This document shows positions 40,849 to 53,396 of a stretch of 64,000 nt of DNA, one piece after another. The stretch is from Guillardia theta CCMP2712. Lineage: Eukaryota; Protista; Cryptophyta. The number at the start of each line of letters is the position of its first letter. The stretch's first letter is position 1. The translations under genes and the position numbers were made by a program. Below the pieces are notes generated by a model, which did not search any database, was not told the origin of the DNA, and worked only from the letters and a program-made list of their open reading frames with translations. The stretch covers positions 304,482-368,481 of the forward strand of contig NW_005434594.1 in the NCBI RefSeq assembly GCF_000315625.1, read 5' to 3'.

Positions 40849-42309
40849 TTAGCCCTCCATGTCTTGAGACAAGTACATCTTCACCTGGTTGTCTCCCCAG
40901 TCATCAAAATTGTCCAGATCGTTGAAGGCAATCGTTGTGTCCATGATCTCATGGCAGATCAGGCTTTCTAAGATCGCATTCTCGGCTTCCACATGAGGGT
41001 TGCTCGAACCCTTCATGGGCGTGAAGGCCCTGGTCCTCATCCTGTCACCAGAGCTGATCGATGTACACAGATGTAGAACAGCATCGTCCGCAGGAATTCT
41101 AGTCGGAGTCTTGAGACGGTCAGGTGTGACTGATGGATACCCTTCCAATGTTGAGCCGTCCCCACACAAGAAGAAATGTTGAGGCGAGTGCAACATAGGT
41201 GACTTGATGCTGATCGGCCTGCTAGGTGAAGTCTGAGGGGTGAGAAGCTGCATGGGGATGCTGCCATCATCTCGATGCTCCGAAAGATCATCTTCAATGT
41301 TCCTCTCCTTCTTCACTTCGCATTCATTCAGTCCTTTGTCAATTGATGCACCTGCGCCTTCCTCAGACTTGACAGTCACTGTTTCTGATTTGACACGCGG
41401 CCAGCTCACTGCGTTGGCTTTGCATGGGATCGAGTTCACCATGTTCAAGTTGGAGACACCAAGGTCCAAGAACAAAGGTTTCGATTCAGGGATTCCGCTT
41501 CCAATCGAGGAGTCACAGAATGTAAGGATCTTGGCAGTATCTGGGGACCATGGACCACCGTCTTTGCATTCAAAATCAAGTCTCTTGCGAGTGACCTTCT
41601 TGAAGTTAGATTTTCTCCTTTTCTTGGGCTCACTCCCATCTTGGATAGTTGTATAATCTGAACAAGAGCTTCGTGGATGAACTTCTGAAAACATCACAAG
41701 TGGTCCCCCGAAGCCTGGATTGTATTTGGGCACTGGCTTGCTGGGAAGCATCACATTCCTTGCTGATCCAGGTACTGCAGAGACCATCTCCGGCTGCTTT
41801 GGGATTGAATAGCTAGGATGATGCATTGGACGCTCCATCCTTGGCGGCATTTCAAGACTCTGGTGGCTCAGGATTGGAACGTTCGGGGCCATGTCCGATT
41901 CGTTGTGATACTTTCTCTTACGGATAACCGACTTTCCATTCTTGACATGAATGCGCAGATAATGCATCTTACTGTGATACAGGCGATTGTTGAAGTAGGA
42001 GCATCTTTCGCAATGGTACCAACGTTTTGTCCCATCGTGCATCGTGAGGAGTCCAGGGTGCTCACTGCGCACCCACTCGCTCTCGTTCTTCCCCATCGGA
42101 GGACATCTTCGCTTCATATCTGCCATACTCGAGTGTGCATGCTCTTCATCTTTCTGTCCTTGATAGCATTCCAGGGAAGGCTTAGTGGGAGTCATGTCGC
42201 AACTCGACGTTCTTCGGCCGGGCTTGGACTGACGGAAGGTATCAACCACGCCAACGACTTTCTTGCCGGGAACGTTGGACTTGCTGCTTGCACTTGAGGG
42301 TCTTGCCAT
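40849..42309 (-). CDS. Single C2H2 zinc-finger protein (putative transcription factor); intronless, 486 aa
   Basis: WYHCERCSYFNNRLYHSKMHYLRIH; NLS-like PKKRRK; acidic C-terminus. Confidence 0.8.
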   Translation of the reverse strand: MARPSSASSKSNVPGKKVVGVVDTFRQSKPGRRTSSCDMTPTKPSLECYQGQKDEEHAHSSMADMKRRCPPMGKNESEWVRSEHPGLLTMHDGTKRWYHCERCSYFNNRLYHSKMHYLRIHVKNGKSVIRKRKYHNESDMAPNVPILSHQSLEMPPRMERPMHHPSYSIPKQPEMVSAVPGSARNVMLPSKPVPKYNPGFGGPLVMFSEVHPRSSCSDYTTIQDGSEPKKRRKSNFKKVTRKRLDFECKDGGPWSPDTAKILTFCDSSIGSGIPESKPLFLDLGVSNLNMVNSIPCKANAVSWPRVKSETVTVKSEEGAGASIDKGLNECEVKKERNIEDDLSEHRDDGSIPMQLLTPQTSPSRPISIKSPMLHSPQHFFLCGDGSTLEGYPSVTPDRLKTPTRIPADDAVLHLCTSISSGDRMRTRAFTPMKGSSNPHVEAENAILESLICHEIMDTTIAFNDLDNFDDWGDNQVKMYLSQDMEG

Positions 42310-42679
42310 TTTCGATCTGTTTCTGGAGGTTGCTTGTCAAGGGGATGTGCCTGAGAGCGGAGAACAGCCCTGACAAGCGACACAATCACCCGATCCCCCC
42401 TGCTCGATTCACGTGCGGGATCAGCGAGAGTGGCGAAGAGGGGAATAGAACGGAAGGGCAGCAGGAGATCACGGATGCAAGACCGGATCGGAGGAGTGCA
42501 GGAGGAGGAAGGGCGGGAGGAGGAAGGGCGGGAGGAGACGGGGGAGGAGGAGGGTGCGAGAGCGGCTGGGGGGAAGCAGGGAGCAGGCGGGGGAGGAGCG
42601 GGGGGAGGGGCAGAAGAAGATTTTTTCCCGCCAAAAGAGGAGCGGCGGGTTAACTAATCTGGCACTTTCCTTTGTTGGA

Positions 42680-44180
42680 TGCCCACACCCCTACCCCCCA
42701 TTTTACCCAAAAATTACCCACCTTTTGTACCCTGTTCCTCCAATCGAGAGTACCCTACCTGTGACACCGTTGCATGAGACCCCACCCCCCTATGAGAGGA
42801 ATTTCATCGGAGACTGACTAGGTACAAGTCAGTACCCCGACCTAGTCGATTTTACTTTAGATGTTACTACCCCACCCGCCTAACAGGACGGATGTTAATT
42901 AACGGATACCACCTACCCCCTCGCAGCACATTTTTCGCCCACCGATCTCCGGTCTACACCCCTATGGCGATGGACCCCCAGGTCACATTGAACCCCACCC
43001 CCCTTTTCCCATCACCTCCCATACATTTGATGGGCAACTTGCACCTACCCCTACCCTCCCAATTACACAAAATGAACACATTTGAAGACTACCCCTCGTC
43101 CGTCCACAATTATACCTACCCCACCCTTTTATATCAACCTGACCCCTGTAGAAACAACCCCTACGGTATGGGATTGCCATTTCTGTACCCGGTATGACCG
43201 TTTCTCAATGACCACCCCCACCCTAAAAACCGTGCTCCACAAAGAAAGAAAGGACCCCGTCACTTTACTACCCCACCCATTATTGACCAACGGTTACGAC
43301 TGCGGCGGAAGGTACCTGTGACCCCTTTTAAAAGTCCCTGACGTTTTTTCACCCGTCCTTTGAACAGTGTTCTACCCCTACTTATTCCCAACCTTGCTGC
43401 AATGAAGACTCATAGCACCGGTAGTGATCTCATGCGAGCGGTCACAATGGGACCCTACCCCCTTAATTATTCCCCAAAGTGACTCAGTCTGACCGGACCC
43501 AGGCAATATACGAGAGTTGCCAACAGCCTGAAACTTGCAACAGGTAGGAGCCACCCGTCCATTCTACCGCAAGGAATTGAATCTTGGGGGTAGTGGGGTC
43601 ACGGGATCGATCCGGCTGAGGACCGAACCGTGACTGACTCACAGTCAGCGGCCGGAGGTCGGGCCGGCCGAACTCCGAACCGTCACGGCCCAGCCGGGCG
43701 GCGGCCGCAGTCCGACGGACTCGGGCCCCGGCGGTCAGTCACCCGTCCGAGCACGCCGCCGCCGGGGCCCTTGAACGTGATCGGACCGTGCCCGGCGAGT
43801 CCGAGTCACCGTCACGGGCGCCCGGGGGCTCGGCTTTGGACTCGCCGGACCGCCGGACTCCCGGACTCAGACCGTACTACGGTACCGTGCCCGCCGTCGC
43901 TGGGTCACTGTCACTCGACTCTGATCGAACGTGAACTGAGTCAGCCCCGGCGGGTGTGACAGGGCCCGCTGCCCGGCGCGGCCCGGGCCCTCCCACAGTA
44001 CGGTCCGACGACTCGGATGCGGGCCGCAGTGCGGCCGCAGGGCAGCCCCGGGCGGCGGCTGCCAGACTCGTGACTCCAGGCTCTGACCGAGTCGGTCGCC
44101 GCCCGGCCGGATCATCGGAGCAGCGGCGGCCACCGCCGCGTCGCTGAGGCTGACTCTGTGACACGGTACCCACTGCGTAC
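42680..44180. promoter_or_regulatory. TACCC block (42680-43600) + GC-palindrome block (43600-44180) upstream of the C2H2 gene
   Basis: One of the clearest copies of the recurrent module. Confidence 0.5.
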
Positions 44181-44235
44181 GAATATGAGGCAAGTTCAGT
44201 GCCACGGTGCTGCTGTGTGGAGTGCCGCCGGGTCA

Positions 44236-45459
44236 TCATGATTTCTTCACTATTCGAATCTTGGATCCGTTCTTCACTCCTGCAGCGCCAATTTCAGAGT
44301 CCAGGTCCAGAACCTGTCAGGGTTGTACGGAAGGTCAGAAGGAAGCGAGCCGATGGTGTGAAGAATGCGTCTGGCATACCTTCCCCTTTCTCTCCGCCTG
44401 GTAGCTGCCGATGTCGTCCACTCCTACCTCGTTGCACCAGGCCTTGACCAGCAGTTTACATTTTTGCGTCGGCTTCACCGTTACTTCCAAGCTCGTGTCG
44501 TCTCCTCCGTAAATCACAAGATCCCATTTGTCTCTCTCCGAGTATTCGACCTCGTCTGAGTCCATGATTTCTTCTACAGCACCAGAGATCGTGCTCACAG
44601 CCTTCATCGTTACTTCTTCTCCAAAAAGCCCCCTTCCCGATCTAAGGTTGCCCAGCACACTCCCGAACAGCTTCCCCGTGCTCGATGCATTCACGACTTG
44701 TGAGACGGCTCCGGCGACAGAGTCAGCCTCCTGCTTCCACTCCGCAGCTCGCTGCCCTGCTTTCTTGGACAACTCGGCGCTGGAGATGGCATCCTTCACC
44801 ACGCGCGCATTCTTCCCTGCTTGAGCTGCTATCATCACGGGATCCATTACAGGGACGCTGAACCTATCGTCAGCCTGGTAGCGCCTCTTCCCTTTCACCA
44901 CGTCGACGTCAATCGGAACTCGATCGGGGTACGCTGCTGTCACGACGTCGGCTGGGGCTTCACAAAACTCGTAGACCTCTGGAATTCCAAAGGCATCCTC
45001 GATTGCGATGATCTTCTTGATGTAACTCTGGAAAGGACCTGGGTTCGCTTCCTCCCCGAAGATGTAGGGCTCAGGAGGGAGCGGGTCCATCTTGCTGCCA
45101 AACCTAGGTCTGACATACGAGTCTAGCTCCGAGAAGTCCTTCCACGTTCTTTGGAATAGCCATGTCCTCGGCTTCTCCCTTTCATCGTTCATGTATTCTC
45201 CTGCGAAGAAGAATGTTCCACCCATGTTTCTCTTCAGCGTCACCGAGACTCTGCCTTCAAGCATCATCATTCGGCGGAGCAACGACGTCTTCTGCTTTCT
45301 CTGTGACAGGCTAGGATAGTTCCCCATCCTCTGACCGGTGATGTAGCTTCCCTCGTTGAGCTTAAGTCCCCGCATCGGAGCCTCCACTGCATGGAACGCG
45401 AAGGCTGCAGGAATCGCAGCCATGCTCAGCGTGCCAAGCAGCACAGCCTGCATGGCCAT
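44236..45459 (-). CDS. Plastid-targeted protein with PX-like domain and C-terminal ubiquitin/SUMO-like domain; 2 exons (intron 44314-44379)
   Basis: Signal MAMQAVLLGTLSMAAIPAAFA-FH + basic transit peptide; WLFQRTWKDFSELDSYVRPRFGSKMDPLPP..FQSYIKKII..EVYEFCE; WDLVIYGGDDTSLEVTVKPTQKCKLLVKAWC..GK/VLDLDSEIGAAGVKNGSKIRIV. Confidence 0.7.
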
Positions 45460-45589
45460 CTCCCGATCTGCCCCTTCCCCGCTCAACCCCACCTAATTCG
45501 TGAGTTTCTGTTGTCGAGAAAACAAATAGAGTCCAACATGGATTCTATAAACCAGCAACGATTTTCCCTTGGCTCCAAAATAGCTTCTG

Positions 45590-46560
45590 ATCGGCCGCCG
45601 GCCGCCGCCCGGCCCGGCCGGACCCGGCGTCTCGGGGCCCGGGGCCGGTCGCCGGGGCGGCGAGTCCGTCCGAGGCTCGGACGCCGGTACTACGGTACTA
45701 CCGTAACACGGCCCGTGACTCCGGCCCCGCCAGGCTGCCACCGCTACTAGGACGGCGTGACTGCCGCGGCCCGCTCCGAGTCCCCGCCGGCCGGGCTCAG
45801 GCTCGCGGGGACGGCGGGCGGCCGGGCCCGTGAGACGGTCACTGCCCGGCCGGGCCCGCCCGCCGGGCCGCACCGTTAGCCTCGCTGCGTCACGAGTCAA
45901 CTTTGCTCAAAGCCAAGTTGAGCTGAGGCCGGTCGGAGCCGGGCTTGGCAGCCCCGGTGACCCGGTCAGCCGGGCCCGGCTGGCACTGGACGACTGAGTC
46001 GGCCCGCCGCGCGGCCGCGGTTGACTACTAGTGACTGATTTTTAACTTAACTTTGAGTAAACGTAACTACCACTGTCGCACAAAATCACGCCAGCCTCAG
46101 AGGCGGGGCTGCAGAGCGCCGCCTCAGGGAAATGATGGGATGTTGGTTTCGAGGTTCATTTTTGAAGTTTCAAATTGTGTCATTAATATTCCTTATTTCA
46201 GAGATTATTTCAAAAGTTCGTTTCAAATAATTCCTTCTCTCACTCCAGCAACGGAGGGGTGGAAGGGTCCATGACCCCTACCCTACCACCTTGTCGGTAG
46301 AACTCGATGCGAAATCGAGGGTAGGGGTGAACGTGGAAGCGGAAATAGGACCCAGGAGTGAAGGCATGTACAATAGTGGGTGGTCTAGCATTGGAAAATA
46401 TCGGGTAGGGGTTATCACCCCACCATGGATATTCGAGGATAATTTCATAATAATGAGGGGTTAATCATGGGTTTTGAATTCTATTGTAGGGTGGGGTATT
46501 TGATCAATGTTATCGAGGGGGGTAGGGTATTGTCGGAAATAGAGCAGAGGGTATAGAAGC
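45590..46560. promoter_or_regulatory. GC-palindrome block + conserved AT motif + TACCC block between divergent genes
   Basis: Contains ACTGATTTTTAACTTAACTTTGAGTAAA (46034-46061). Confidence 0.5.
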
Positions 46561-46806
46561 AGCGTCGGTGGAAGGGATCGGTATCAAGGTGATACGATAT
46601 GGCATGGCGTGATATGCAAACCGGCTGCCGCGATGTTGAGCTTTCTTCCCCTCCCTATGCACAATCAAAGCCGTGCGATTCTCTCTCGATGCTCCCTTTC
46701 TTTGAATACCGCGTCTTGATGTAACAGAGCAATTCAGCCCATTCTGATGATGTTTGTTTAGTGTTGGATAAGTTGAAAGTAGTAGTTTACTGATGATGTT
46801 TGGCAG

Positions 46807-46992
46807 ATGTTCCAGACCCTCTACGGCCAGACCGCTGCTGCCCTCTACGCCAAGGCCGCCGGCCAGAACGCCCAGGCCCGCCAGCTCTACAACGCCTCCG
46901 CTGACACCTACTACAAGGCCAACGATGCTGCTGCCTACGACGACTGGGTCCGCGCCCGCAACCACTGGGACTACTTCTACAACCGCTCGTAA
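46807..46992 (+). CDS. 61-aa Ala/Tyr/Asn-rich small protein, copy 1
   Basis: Extreme C-ending codon bias; identical protein encoded at 54423-54608; ATG directly after a CAG acceptor. Confidence 0.9.
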   Translation: MFQTLYGQTAAALYAKAAGQNAQARQLYNASADTYYKANDAAAYDDWVRARNHWDYFYNRS

Positions 46993-47120
46993 ATCCTAGA
47001 TTTCAACATCAATAAAATGAGAAAAACTTAATTTGCGTGCTGATACAACTTGTTATCATTGGATGGATGTTGTTGGAGTGGTTGCAATGTCACTCTTTTC
47101 ATATCTACAGCAATGTTTAA

Positions 47121-48425
47121 TCAGAATGTTTCATCTAGCATTACATCATTGTTCCGCAAATCTTCTTCCATCTGCATCCTGAAAATTCACAGTTAATATA
47201 TGGTTGATATCCTGCATTCAACACGTACTCGATTAGTTCAAGCATGGATTCGAACTCCAACCATGAGACAACACCGTCTCCGTCTGAGTCTAACGAGTTG
47301 AAGATGTAGTCAAACTGTGAGATGAAAATCAGCTTGTGCAACCAGCTCTATCACTCCTCACTCACCCTCTCATCGGAAACGCTCCCTCCCAAGGATCGCA
47401 GCGCGCTCTTCAACTCGTGGCCGTCGAGGTATCCTGACTTGTCGATGTCGAACTTGCTGAACAACTCTTGCCAACTGGTGTATCCTGCAGTCACTGGAAG
47501 TCCCGCCAGAATATCCTTCAATGCCTGCAGGCAGAGTCAAGATGCTGTGGAAGAATTCTAGGTGATGGATATGAGTTGCACTTTTCTTGAAGACATTCAG
47601 AGGTTGGATCCCAAAAATTTCTCTGTTTTTCATCGACAACATCAATAGCATGGATGACAAAGATGTGAAAGGATGACATCCGAAACCATAGCAATATCAA
47701 TCCCCATCCCATGTCTCAGGAGACCAATCACACTGAATCTACATCTCTGCCAACCAACCAATCGTAAACTGGTTGCCGATCTAGACAACGGACAATGAAA
47801 AGCATCTTTGGCACAATCTTGATATCAGGTCAAGAAGTATTAAGTTACGTCAATTCAACATACATGATGTCAAGACACAAGTCATTCCTTCAACTTGCTT
47901 TCACTGAAGAATGTATGTCGATGAACACTCAAAGAATGCATGTTCCCTCGCTGTCAAGTCACAGACACATTGAGCAGCCAGAACAAACATGTGCATCATA
48001 ACATCGCAATGGGAAAGACAAAAGAGCATTTCAATACGAGCGCAAGAAACAGACAGATCGCAGCTGCCCCAGCATTTACTGCATCGTGCGTTCTTGCACC
48101 TCGCAAATATTGCTTCACTCACCATTAAACCCGCGTTCGATCGGCTGGCATCCGACGTGAAATGTGCCATCGTCAACTTTGTCGATGGCATCGCTTTCCG
48201 CAAAGGAGGCAGTCTTCCTGTCAAGGCTCTGCCAGCAACTGCGAGGTTGCAACGGGTCGAGCAAGATAGTTGGGATGCAGCGCGGGAGAGAGAGGAGAAG
48301 GATGGGTCGAGGGAGGAGGAGCGAAGGATAGGAGAAGAGGGGAGAACATGGAATGCGTTAGCGATCCAGCATGAAGACGCCGCCATCGCAGCCGCCAGGA
48401 TTATTTTCTGGCCGTATCGCTGCAT
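47121..48425 (-). CDS. Plastid-targeted EF-hand protein, multi-exon
   Basis: Leader MQRYGQKIILAAAMAASSCWIANA-FH + Ser/Arg-rich transit peptide; C-terminal ELFSKFDIDKSGYLDGHELKSALRSLG / FNSLDSDGDGVVSWLEF. Middle exons are unresolved. Confidence 0.75.
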
Positions 48426-48734
48426 TGTTGCAACACTCCGCTTACTTTACGATCCTCTTGAATTTAGGGGGTAGGGTAGTACCACCTACCCTTTCAATTG
48501 ATCCCATATTTTGTGCTTCAAAGGGGTGGAGAGAAAACTGTAACCATTACCCTACCCCCCTTTAGGGATGTCAACAAAATTCAGAATAAGGGTGGGGTAG
48601 TATTCATCACCCTGCTGTTCTAGTACTCTTTAATCGATAATATGGAGGTAGGGTAGTACCACCCACCTGGGATGAAAGATGTGTTTCTCAAAGCATCGAA
48701 GTTTGTGCGACACATAAAGAGTTCGGAAGACAAG

Positions 48735-48900
48735 AGGGAGCGAGGGGATGGAGGGAGCGAGGGAGGGAGGGAGCGAGGGAGGGAGCGAGGGAGGGAGCGA
48801 GGGAGGGAGCGAGGGAGGGAGCGAGGGAGGGAGCGAGGGAGGGAGCGAGGGAGCGAGGGAGCGAGGGAGGGAGCGAGCGAGGGAGCGAGCGAGCGAGGGA
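48735..48900 (+). repeat. (GAGCGAGGGAGG)n-type purine-rich repeat
   Basis: Directly visible. Confidence 0.9.
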
Positions 48901-49294
48901 GAAAGATGAGTGGTAATGAGGAGGGGAAGGAAGCGACGAAGAGAGGACAGAGGGAGGAGGGAGGGAGGATGACATGGAGTAGAGGGAGGAGAGACTGAGG
49001 GAAGTGGAAGGAGAGGGGAGCTGGAATGCAACAGGCTGAACATGAGTGGAAAAATGAAAGCAGAGAAACTTGAGGAACCTGAGGAGGCAGCAGACTGACT
49101 GAGGCAGGGAGGGAGGGAGGGAGTGAGTGAGTGAGTGAGGGAGGGAGGGTTAGTCCTATCGCCCTAGTATCATGATACCACCTGAACATCGTCGTTGAAG
49201 TAGTTTGTAGAATCACAGCGTTCTCCTCACGGAATGTCAACGGGTTCCTCGCCCTGTCTTACTGTTCTCCTCGCAGGCAGCCACACCCGTCGAG

Positions 49295-50116
49295 ATGAGC
49301 AGGCAGACGTTGAACCAGGTGCTGAGGTCGTGCCAGGCGATCCTGCCCAAGAGCGAGAGCTACAAGACTCTGCTAGACAGCTCGGCGAACAAGCGAGGGC
49401 TGTCGAGAAAGCTGGACCTGCTGCTGCGGGAGGGGGTCCACGATATGAAGGTGTTCGGGCTGGGTTTCCTGAGGAGCATCGCGAGCAAGGATGAGTACGT
49501 TCACTTCACCTCCTGCTCCTTCCACTTCTACCGGGAGATGGAGCGAGAGCTCGACAGGAAGGCGGAGGAAGGGGCAGTCGTCGGCAGGCTGTGGAGAAAG
49601 TTCCCTGAGCTGCGCAGGGCGGAGAGGCTGAGGGAGGATCTGCGAAACGTGGGTGCAAGCTCGGATCCTACTCTTGTTCCGATGAGCCCTGCCACGACAG
49701 CATACTGCGCATCGATCCGCAGGGCGGGGGAGGAAGAGCAGGGAGTGAGGATAATCGCGCATATGTACGTGAGGTACTTCGCGGATCTTTTCGGAGGAAG
49801 GGCGCTAGGGGCGCCGACCAAGTACGCGGTGCAAGAGCTGAAGCAGAGCCCTCCTCTCTTCTACCAGTGGGATCGTACGGTGGAGCAGGACAGGAGGGCA
49901 TACATCGAGCGGCTCTATGTAGCCATCAACGAGGCGGCGGAGGAGGTGGCGAGCGAGGAGGTGGAGAAGAGGATTGTGGAGGAGGCGAGGAGCGCGTTCC
50001 AGCACAACGCCAACATATACACAGAGGAGGAGGGGCTGTACGGGAAAGCAGCGCAAGGTGCTTACAAGCTGGTGACGGGATACGCCATGGCTAAGGGCCG
50101 ACAGCTGATGAGATGA
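49295..50116 (+). CDS. Heme oxygenase-like protein
   Basis: FYREMEREL..FPELRRAERLREDL..SPATTAYCASI..IIAHMYVRYFADLFGG..LFYQW..IVEEARSAFQHN; candidate proximal His in LREGVHDM. Confidence 0.88.
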   Translation: MSRQTLNQVLRSCQAILPKSESYKTLLDSSANKRGLSRKLDLLLREGVHDMKVFGLGFLRSIASKDEYVHFTSCSFHFYREMERELDRKAEEGAVVGRLWRKFPELRRAERLREDLRNVGASSDPTLVPMSPATTAYCASIRRAGEEEQGVRIIAHMYVRYFADLFGGRALGAPTKYAVQELKQSPPLFYQWDRTVEQDRRAYIERLYVAINEAAEEVASEEVEKRIVEEARSAFQHNANIYTEEEGLYGKAAQGAYKLVTGYAMAKGRQLMR

Positions 50117-50384
50117 GACGGGATGTTGTAGTAGAACGTGTTTATTGTTTTTAGACTCAGATTACATGTAAGATATTAGAGATACAGGCAGACAAAGTGT
50201 GGGATGAGAGAATGGAAGAAAAACAAACTCTGTTCTCTCTTGCGAATTGCCTCCCTTATCACTCACTCACTCACTCACGAACCTCGGCCTGCGCTGCCTC
50301 CATTTCGGACCTCTTCTCCACCCCCCCCCCCTTCTCTCCCCTTCTTTCGTCTCTTCTTGCCTCCTCCTCGCCTGCCTTCTCCCC

Positions 50385-52230
50385 TCAACGCATGCTCACG
50401 CCGCAAACACTCTCAACCACTTCCGGTGAATCGTCTGTGAGGTACCTCGGAGATGAGCCCCGTAAGTTGGTCACTACAAAAGTCGGTCGAATCCTGCCAG
50501 TTGAGACAGTCGTGTAAGGCCTCTTGTAGCCTCCTCCTCCTCCTCCTCCTCCTCCTCCTCCTCCTCCTCCTCCTCCTCCTCCTCCTCCTCCTTCATTGAG
50601 CTGAAGGAACTTGAGCGATCTCAGAGACAAAGATATCTGCATCGACAGGTCGTCTTCCTCTACCCTCCCCGGCCGCTCAGGCTTGCATGAAGACGGGGCG
50701 ATCAAGGCAGCGAACGGCAGGTCGGACTGGTACTGGACGTTGGTGTCGGCAACCTGGATGGAGTAATCGGGGGAGGAGGAGGAGGAGAGCTCTTGAGCCC
50801 AGCCCTTCTCCTCCTCCCTCGTCCTGTTGTGACTCCCCTTCTTCTCCTTGATGACCCGCATCGCCGCTTCCCTCTTCCTCCTGAGGTCCTCCTCTTTCCT
50901 CTCCCGCGCCATTCTCAGCCTCTGGCTTCGCTCCTCCTTGGCCTGCTGCATCTTGGCAGCGGTGATCTGCGTGAGCGACGTGTAAGTCGACTTCACGCAA
51001 GGGAGGCGAGAGGAGGAGGAGAGAGAGAGAGGTGAAGGGATGAGGGGGGGGGGGGCTTCTGGTCTATGAAGGAGGACCTAAGAGGAGGAGAAACGAAGGA
51101 GGACGGACAAAGGATGAGGAATAGGTACCAGTGAACAGCACTGAAGAGGGAAGGAGGGAGGGAGGGAGGGAGGGAGGGAGGGAGGGAGGGAGGGAGGGAG
51201 GGAGGGAAGGATAGAGAGCGAGGGAGAGGGAAGAGGGAGGAAGGACAGAGAAGATTGAAATCAAATCACTTGATTCTTCATCTCCTGCATTTGGATTCTC
51301 CTTATCTGGTGCTCTTTCCGCATTTTCGTAACTTGCTCGTGCTTGGACTTGGAGAGCTTGTGAGAGGACGAGGACCGATCAACGAGCAGGTCCGGCAGCT
51401 CCCCGGAGTTCTCATCCTCAACGCTGTTGTCATCATCTGCAGCAGCACAGCATCGTCATCCCTGGCCTCCTCTAGGAGCCAACACATCGTGTCAAACTTG
51501 TACCTGAGGGCGACAGCCTCTCGTGGAACCTGCTCGGCGATCGGGACTTGGTTGACGGGCTTGACCTCCCGCTGAGCTCTCTCCACGTGCTCAGAGAGCT
51601 GGCCGAGCTTGAGCATCGTTCAGCCTTGAAGTGCTGGGGGATCACTTCATGCAGCTCTTTGTCCTTGAGGGAGGGGAACGTCGCAGTGTACAGAGCACGA
51701 ACGGCCTCGCGGCTGCGCTGCTCATTCGGATCCTCCGCCGTCTGTCTCCTCTCACAGCAGGAGGAAGCTCTTTGGCCCGCGCAGCACCAGTCTACATCCT
51801 CCTCTTTGGATTCGACGGAGAAGGCCAGCAGCTCTTCGATGCTCCGCTCCCTTGGGGTCGTTCGTACCCGCATGTAGACGTCCTCCCCTTCTTCCAGCTG
51901 TCGCCTCCACATTGAACTCTTGCTCAAACTGCGGTACCCCATCTCGCTCGCAGGCCTTGAAATTTTCTTCCGACGCATGTTGCTGCTGTATGACTTTTTA
52001 TGGTTCGATCGCTGTCAACTCAATCTTCCAGGCTTCCTCCAGTCTCTTCGTCACATCCGCACAAGCCCAACAGCAATAACTTCTCACTCAAACGAGCTTG
52101 TCCTTCTCATCAGTCATGTCTCCTGAAACACATCATGAGGAATCTGATAGAAAGCATTCAGTCTGATGCAGAAGACAGCCAATCTGCACACCAAACATCA
52201 GCAAGAGCAGTGACTTCAAGGTTCAGATGA
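50385..52230 (-). CDS. Hypothetical multi-exon protein with a charged coiled coil
   Basis: Coding-like ORF pieces (KMQQAKEERSQRLRMARERKEEDLRRKREAAMR; ALRYKFDTMCWLLEEARDD; FPSLKDKELHEVIPQHF) separated by splice-like signals. No family recognised. Confidence 0.45.
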
Positions 52231-52404
52231 TCATAGCTCTTTCGTGTTTATCAGCCTTTCCCCAATCTGTCTCTCCTGTCCTCTCTCCTCTTCCTCACTC
52301 TCCCTAAGTTCAGGCTTGCCGGCCTTCTCCTCCCCTCGTCTCCCCCAGTTCCTCCTCGTACTTTACTCCCTCCTCCTCGTCCTCGTCCTCCTCCTCCTCC
52401 TCCT

Positions 52405-52440
<36 letters not shown>

Positions 52441-53295
52441 CTCGTCCTCCTCGTCCTCCTCGTCCTCCTCGTCCTCCTCGTCCTCCTCGTCCTCCTCGTC
52501 CTCCTCGTCCTCGTCCTCGTCTTCGTCTTCTGCTCTCCCCTCCTCTCCACTGTCCTCTTCATTCCGGCGCCTCAACCATTCTGGTACCAAAGAGTGAACG
52601 ATCACGAAATACCCCTACCCCCCCACGGCCCTTATAAGAGGCACGATAAGAAGGGTACTTGAAGTATATCCACCCCCCATGTCAAATACATTCCCGTGGG
52701 GGTACTGTAATCTATTGAAAGGAGGGGTACTTCATAGTACTTGAAAGGGGTAGCTAGAATTCAAAGGGGGGTGGTGCCGGCACGAAAAAAGAAGTCAAAT
52801 GTACAACTTCTTATCAAATGGTTTGTAGTTTGTATGCTTGCTGAAGGTGCGAAAGGTAGAAGAATGAGAGGGAGAGAGAGGAAGATGAAAGGAGGGAGAA
52901 GGAGAAGGAGAGGGAGAGGGAGAGGGAGAGTTCAGGGCAGGGAACCAGGGCGAGGGGGAGAGGGAGGAAGAGAAGGAGGGTGGGAGAAACAGAAAACAGG
53001 GATAGGGACAAAGGGAGAAAGCGTGAAAGAGGGAGAGTAAGAGAAATTTGAATGAGCACACAAAAGTATTACTCGAGGGAGTGACGAAAATGAGGTAAAG
53101 AGGCAGGCAACACGACTGGGAGGACAAGAGGGAGGGATGGGTAGGGAGGAAGTGAGTGATTAATAGTGAGTGAAGAGGCTTTAGAGCTGTGCGACGTGGT
53201 TATGAAGTTATTGGAGTCAGTTGGTGTCACACCCCGAAGCTTTACGGGTTGCAGACGTCTACAGTGAATGCTCAACCTCCGCTGGATCACACATA

Positions 53296-53396
53296 AAGGT
53301 GAAAAGTAGAGGTAAGGAGTTTATTTGAGAAGTAACACAAACACAAAGGTGAAAAGTAGAGGTAAGGAGTTTATCTGAGAAGCAACACAAACACAG
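53296..53396 (+). repeat. Tandem duplication of a ~50-bp unit (AAAGGTGAAAAGTAGAGGTAAGGAGTTTAT..AACACAAACAC) x2
   Basis: Two near-identical adjacent copies. Confidence 0.9.

Noticed and set aside
46746-46800. Possible C/D snoRNA in the 5'UTR intron (TGATGA..CTGA); similar pattern at 38213-38275
   Set aside because: Too short or lacking a terminal stem and a recognisable rRNA antisense element; the first is a simple CTGATGATGTTTG direct repeat.
53296-53396. CRISPR-like direct repeats
   Set aside because: Only two adjacent units with no spacer, in a eukaryotic context without cas genes.
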